Of a stretch of DNA of 64,000 nt, positions 59,786 to 64,000 are shown one piece after another (position 1 is the stretch's first letter; every line of letters begins with the position of its first letter). A program made the translations under genes and the position numbers. Below the pieces are notes generated by a model. The model was not told the DNA's origin, searched no databases, and saw only the letters and a program-made list of their open reading frames with translations. The stretch lies in assembly GCA_964230645.1 (NCBI GenBank), contig CAXRHT010000003.1, positions 739,949 through 803,948 of the forward strand, in the 5' to 3' direction. This DNA comes from Bdellovibrionales bacterium. Its GTDB lineage: Bacteria > Bdellovibrionota > Bdellovibrionia > Bdellovibrionales > JAGQZY01.

Positions 59786-60733
59786 ATGAAAAAGGAATTT
59801 ATTAGATTGTCATTATTATTAATCGTTGGACTGCTTTTTACACCGGCTGCGATGGCCGATATTGCCGACCTTAATGAAGAATTGATTGAGGCCGATGCCA
59901 TTGGTGCTGATTCCGAAGCGGCGATCATCGAGTCCGAGCAATTGAAAGAGCAGTTGGTTGAAGAGAAAAAGGAAGCGGAAAGACTTAAAGCTAGACTTGA
60001 TCGCGAAAAGGCAGCGGCTAAGAGACGTCGAACTAGAGCTGAAAAAGAAATCGCTGAAACTGAAAAAAAGATTGCTGATTCGAGAGCGCGTGCAGACAAA
60101 ATGAATAAAGAACTGGTGAAGCTCGATGCTGAGCAGGAAAAATTGCGCAAAAAAACTGAGAAAACCCAAGCAGAATTCGATCTTGTTCAAGGTGAAGAGC
60201 AGAAAGTGGCCGAAAATAAAAGGCAAGCTGACAAGCTTTTAAATCAAATGATCCGAGAGCATAGAGAGATGAAGGCAAATGCCAAAAGAACGGCCACTCG
60301 AGTGAGTTCCATCCGTGCAGATGTTAAGCGTTCGAGAGTAAAAATTGGTCGCACTTATCGCAATATGAAAAAAGACAGTAATGAGTATCAAAAAATGATC
60401 GAGATCTATAGAAAGTCCTTAGCTAAGGCAGAAAATATGTTGAACGAGCTTGAAATGGCGATTCAAATCGACCAAGCCTACGATCAAAAGTTAGCGAGAA
60501 TGGGTAAAAAACTCCCTGAAAACTACAGAACTTTATCTGGACTTAATCGTACACGAGTGGCGCAAATTAAAACAGCCACCTGTAATGTAAGAGCTTATCC
60601 CTCTACCAAAGCGGAGATCTTAGGAAAGGTTCACGCCGGTAACAAAATTGAAATGAAACATCACAGTCGGTCTTGGTATACCATCGTTCACGGTGGAGAG
60701 AAGGCTTTCTTAGGGAAAACTTGTTTTAACTAA
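59786..60733 (+). CDS. Secreted coiled-coil protein with a C-terminal SH3b domain
   Basis: Signal peptide ending AMA, long heptads, CNVRAYPST...LG....G...WY.I..GG...F. Confidence 0.85.
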   Translation: MKKEFIRLSLLLIVGLLFTPAAMADIADLNEELIEADAIGADSEAAIIESEQLKEQLVEEKKEAERLKARLDREKAAAKRRRTRAEKEIAETEKKIADSRARADKMNKELVKLDAEQEKLRKKTEKTQAEFDLVQGEEQKVAENKRQADKLLNQMIREHREMKANAKRTATRVSSIRADVKRSRVKIGRTYRNMKKDSNEYQKMIEIYRKSLAKAENMLNELEMAIQIDQAYDQKLARMGKKLPENYRTLSGLNRTRVAQIKTATCNVRAYPSTKAEILGKVHAGNKIEMKHHSRSWYTIVHGGEKAFLGKTCFN

Positions 60734-60761
60734 TTTAAACAAGACAAAGTTCTCTTCTGAT

Positions 60762-60796
60762 AAAAAAAAAGGTCACTGTTTCCAGTGACCTTTTTT
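60762..60796. terminator. Bidirectional intrinsic terminator
   Basis: A9-GGTCACTG-tttc-CAGTGACC-T6 between convergent genes. Confidence 0.9.
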
Positions 60797-60824
60797 ATTT
60801 AAAATCATTTTAGGATTTTTAAAT

Positions 60825-61739
60825 TTAGATTCCGGGTTTGAACCAGCAACGTGGACGAATTCCGTCCATAAAGTTACTAATTTCCATGCAAGTGTAGAGT
60901 GATGCTTCTTCTTCCGCTTCCACACCAAATTGGTCTTCCATGCTTTTTCCAGGAATAACCGCAGGGTCGAAGTCAGCTTTACAAAGAGAGGCCGCATAGG
61001 TTGTATCTAGGCGACACTGAGCTCTTGGATGGGAATCATCAATCTTATTAACCTTGTTGCTGTCAGGAGTTTCGAATGTAGGAAACTCAGGATCGTCAGC
61101 AAGGGCTGAAAGAACGCGCGAGAGTGACTCTCCACCAGCGTTGATTCGGTAACAAAGATCTTGCTCTTCGGTGGTGCTCCATACTTGGTCACATCGTTGT
61201 GCCACTTGCTCAGGAACTTGTCCTCTGAAAGTCGCGTTGATATCAGTCTCATCTTTCCAGAGTTCACGAGAGCAAGAATGAGCGGCGAAGTAGTCCGATT
61301 GTCCTTCGTTAGCAGCCCATGTTCCGCCGAATCCTCCAAAACCTTTACGGAAAGTAAAGCCAGCGAGATGGTGGCCGAGTTCGTGGCAAAGAACCATTGC
61401 GAATCCATCAAGTGTCATCTCTGGGTGACGCGCAAGTCCCCCGTACATATTAACATTCCAAGTCCCGAAGAACTGAGATGCGCTGGCATTCAAAGTATCG
61501 TCATCCCATTTTCTATTCACAACAAGTCGACCGCCGTGGGATTGAATGATCGGAGCATAATAAGCTTCGGCTTTATCAATCACCTCATTGAACTCTTGTT
61601 GAGTCATGTTGGCGTCTCTTTCATTAAGATCTGGAATGTTTTTGATTTGGGCAGGGTCGATGAAAGTACCCCAGGCAAAACTAGAGAATGCAAAAAATCC
61701 TAAAAGAACGAAAAATTGTAATAATGTCTTCCTTAACAT
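60825..61739 (-). CDS. Secreted zincin metalloprotease (M48-like)
   Basis: LNASA, VLCHELGHH, NEGQSDYFA, SHP..QCR. Confidence 0.8.
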   Translation of the reverse strand: MLRKTLLQFFVLLGFFAFSSFAWGTFIDPAQIKNIPDLNERDANMTQQEFNEVIDKAEAYYAPIIQSHGGRLVVNRKWDDDTLNASASQFFGTWNVNMYGGLARHPEMTLDGFAMVLCHELGHHLAGFTFRKGFGGFGGTWAANEGQSDYFAAHSCSRELWKDETDINATFRGQVPEQVAQRCDQVWSTTEEQDLCYRINAGGESLSRVLSALADDPEFPTFETPDSNKVNKIDDSHPRAQCRLDTTYAASLCKADFDPAVIPGKSMEDQFGVEAEEEASLYTCMEISNFMDGIRPRCWFKPGI

Positions 61740-62183
61740 TATGTCCCCCTATGTAAGTTGTAGTCTCAAAGAGTATCACGTAAGGAAAAGATCAAATATT
61801 CTAATTTAAGCTTATTAGTTTTTTTTATGACAGATTGTTCCTGTTCCCGATCTTGGTCTGTGCTTAACCAAGAAAAACTTGGGTTAAATGTGAAGATCTC
61901 TAAACATTTCTAATAAAACCCTAAGTATAACTACTCACTTCTTCTACGTTGCATCACTTTTGTGCTGGACTAAAGGCGAGATTGTTTTGCTATTGGGAAG
62001 GGTATCAGACATTCGCCAGCATTACTTTTTATAAATAACTTTTTCCTAAAAGGGAGCTCCCTCGGGAGTTCCCTTAATTTCGCTTTTACGTGTTGTCGAA
62101 ATATTTCTAATTTCAAGCAATGTGCGATTGAAAAGAACTTATAAAATCGTGACAAGAAGTTTGATCCTTTCTAAGGTTTCATT

Positions 62184-62966
62184 ATGAAAAAAATTGTGGT
62201 GATTCTTTTTGTTGTTCTATCCAGTGTTTCATCTTTTGCTCAAACAGCTGCGCAAATTGTTTCGGATCGCCCGGGTCAGGCCTTTACCCACCAAGTAGTC
62301 GGTAAAGGAGTTTTCCAAATTCAAAGTGGTTTGGACTTGAATAAAGCGGAAACGAGTCTCATCGATCAGGAGGTACGAACCTCAGTGAACGAATTTCGAT
62401 TAGGCTTGAGTGAAAGTTTTGAGGTAAGCACCGTTTGGAACTACTCGCAAACTTCAACCACCAACAATGCCACTTCTTTTGAAGATGAATTCGATGGGGT
62501 CAGTTCATTGCAACTAGGTTTTCGTTATAATCTTATTGCTGAAAGTGACGGTTGGATCCCGGGAATTGGAATCCAAACACGTTTTAGTATGAAGCAAGTA
62601 AGCAGAAACTATCAGTCCTCACAAATCGCACCCACAACGATGCTATTCACCAACCATACACTTCTTGATGATTTGAACGTTAGTTTTAATGGAGGAGTGG
62701 CCTATGACGGTGACACCGCCATTCCTCAATACATTTACGTTATTAGTTTTGCTCAAAACTTTACTTCAAACTTTGGAATTATTTACGAGTTCTACGGCAA
62801 TGAATACGACGACCAAGACTCTAATTACGGAGGAGCGGGCGTGTTTTATTTTCCCAACAAAGATCTGCAATTGGATCTCTATGCGAGTATGGGAAAAAAC
62901 CAAGGCGTTGAAGAGTTTTACATGAGTCTTGGACTCTCTTGGCGAACTTGGCTTTTCAATCGTTAA
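62184..62966 (+). CDS. Outer-membrane beta-barrel transporter (MetA-pathway/phenol-degradation-like)
   Basis: Signal peptide, SDRPG....V.KG.FQIQSG, amphipathic strands, LQLD...GLSWR. Confidence 0.75.
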   Translation: MKKIVVILFVVLSSVSSFAQTAAQIVSDRPGQAFTHQVVGKGVFQIQSGLDLNKAETSLIDQEVRTSVNEFRLGLSESFEVSTVWNYSQTSTTNNATSFEDEFDGVSSLQLGFRYNLIAESDGWIPGIGIQTRFSMKQVSRNYQSSQIAPTTMLFTNHTLLDDLNVSFNGGVAYDGDTAIPQYIYVISFAQNFTSNFGIIYEFYGNEYDDQDSNYGGAGVFYFPNKDLQLDLYASMGKNQGVEEFYMSLGLSWRTWLFNR

Positions 62967-63477
62967 GACTCAAGTTTTTCTGTGAGCCCCGCTTTTAAGG
63001 GCGACCGTCAAGGTAGAGCTGCCTGAATGGGCTCCGCCTCAAGGGAGCTGATTAATTTCGACCTTTTTCGTGAAGTTCTAAGAGATTGAAAAAAAATGAT
63101 TTCAGATCAGCGTCATAGCGGTTTTAAAAGTTTGAGAATCTCAGAAAGAATAAACTCGCACTTTTCCATGAAAAACTAGCTTAAGAGTGGAGTTCAGCGG
63201 AAAATAGCTAGAATACCTTTAATCGATACTTTTAGCCCCTTTAATGCCACTTCGTCTTCTAAAAACAGATCTTTCCTTTATCTATATATAGTAGTAAATT
63301 CCTTTTGATGACATTTACCTCGTTATCGAGAGAAAAAGCCCACCCGTTTGGGCTCATACAATCGAGGGTAAGAAGCCTCGGGAATAAAAAAGTTTCATCA
63401 TTTTTGTATAGAGAATAGGCAAAAATAGGACGAGAGAACTTTTTTTTAAAAAAAGTGAATTTTTTTATTTTTGGCTA

Positions 63478-63506
63478 TTGACTCTCCAGGGGTAATCCCC
63501 TAGAAC
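63478..63506 (+). promoter_or_regulatory. rRNA operon promoter with AT-rich UP element
   Basis: TTGACT-N17-TAGAAC preceded by A/T tracts. Confidence 0.65.
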
Positions 63507-63527
63507 TCCAATTCTTGCATTAACAAG

Positions 63528-63546
63528 ACTCTTTGAAAACTGAATA
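63528..63546 (+). promoter_or_regulatory. rrn leader boxA antiterminator
   Basis: ACTCTTTGAAAACTGAATA upstream of 16S. Confidence 0.7.
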
Positions 63547-63655
63547 GCTAGTTAATTACACTTTTGTGAGGTCTCAATAAGATTACTTATTGAGTTTTAA
63601 TTTACTTATGAAGATTAACTTTAAGCAAAGTGATTTGTTTGAAGCTTTAGAATTT

Positions 63656-64000
<345 letters not shown>

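Noticed and set aside
61161..61703. Long antisense and alternative-frame ORFs (this one, also 30169-30591, 43996-44397, 6138-6530, 59758-60226)
   Set aside because: Shadows of well-supported genes, with no RBS or motifs.
62970..63470. 500-bp non-coding stretch before the rRNA promoter
   Set aside because: No ORF, tRNA or convincing structure; consistent with ordinary rrn upstream DNA.

Overview
This is a 64-kb chromosomal segment from a Bdellovibrio-like predatory bacterium. The Bdellovibrionota assignment is inferred from gene content and order, not from a search. Core content in order: a contiguous gliding-motility cluster (gltD/E/F/G-aglR/Q/S), orphan secreted proteins behind sigma28- and sigma54-like promoters, an SDR, a prolyl oligopeptidase, a GYF-PilZ protein, lptC/A-lptB-rpoN, a regulator-linked module (diheme cytochrome c, YceI, haem-motif beta-barrel), ogt, metK-lepA with three lepB paralogues, pyrB-carA-orf-carB, a type IVa pilus locus (ABC pair, pilD, pilMNOPQ), rarA, tRNA-Ala(TGC) followed by a small accessory islet (NYN RNase, SIR2-like protein, twitch radical SAM), several secreted hydrolases, and the 5' end of a 16S rRNA gene. 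The most notable candidates are: (1) a two-hairpin, terminator-capped small RNA abutting the NYN RNase start codon, resembling a type III toxin-antitoxin layout; (2) the cytochrome c/YceI/CXXCH-barrel module; (3) a catalytically degenerate third signal peptidase; (4) an ATT-initiated lptB; (5) a recurrent intergenic palindrome GTYTCA-N3-TGARAC; (6) a nested inverted-repeat element upstream of pyrB. All calls come from reading motifs by eye; no searches were run.
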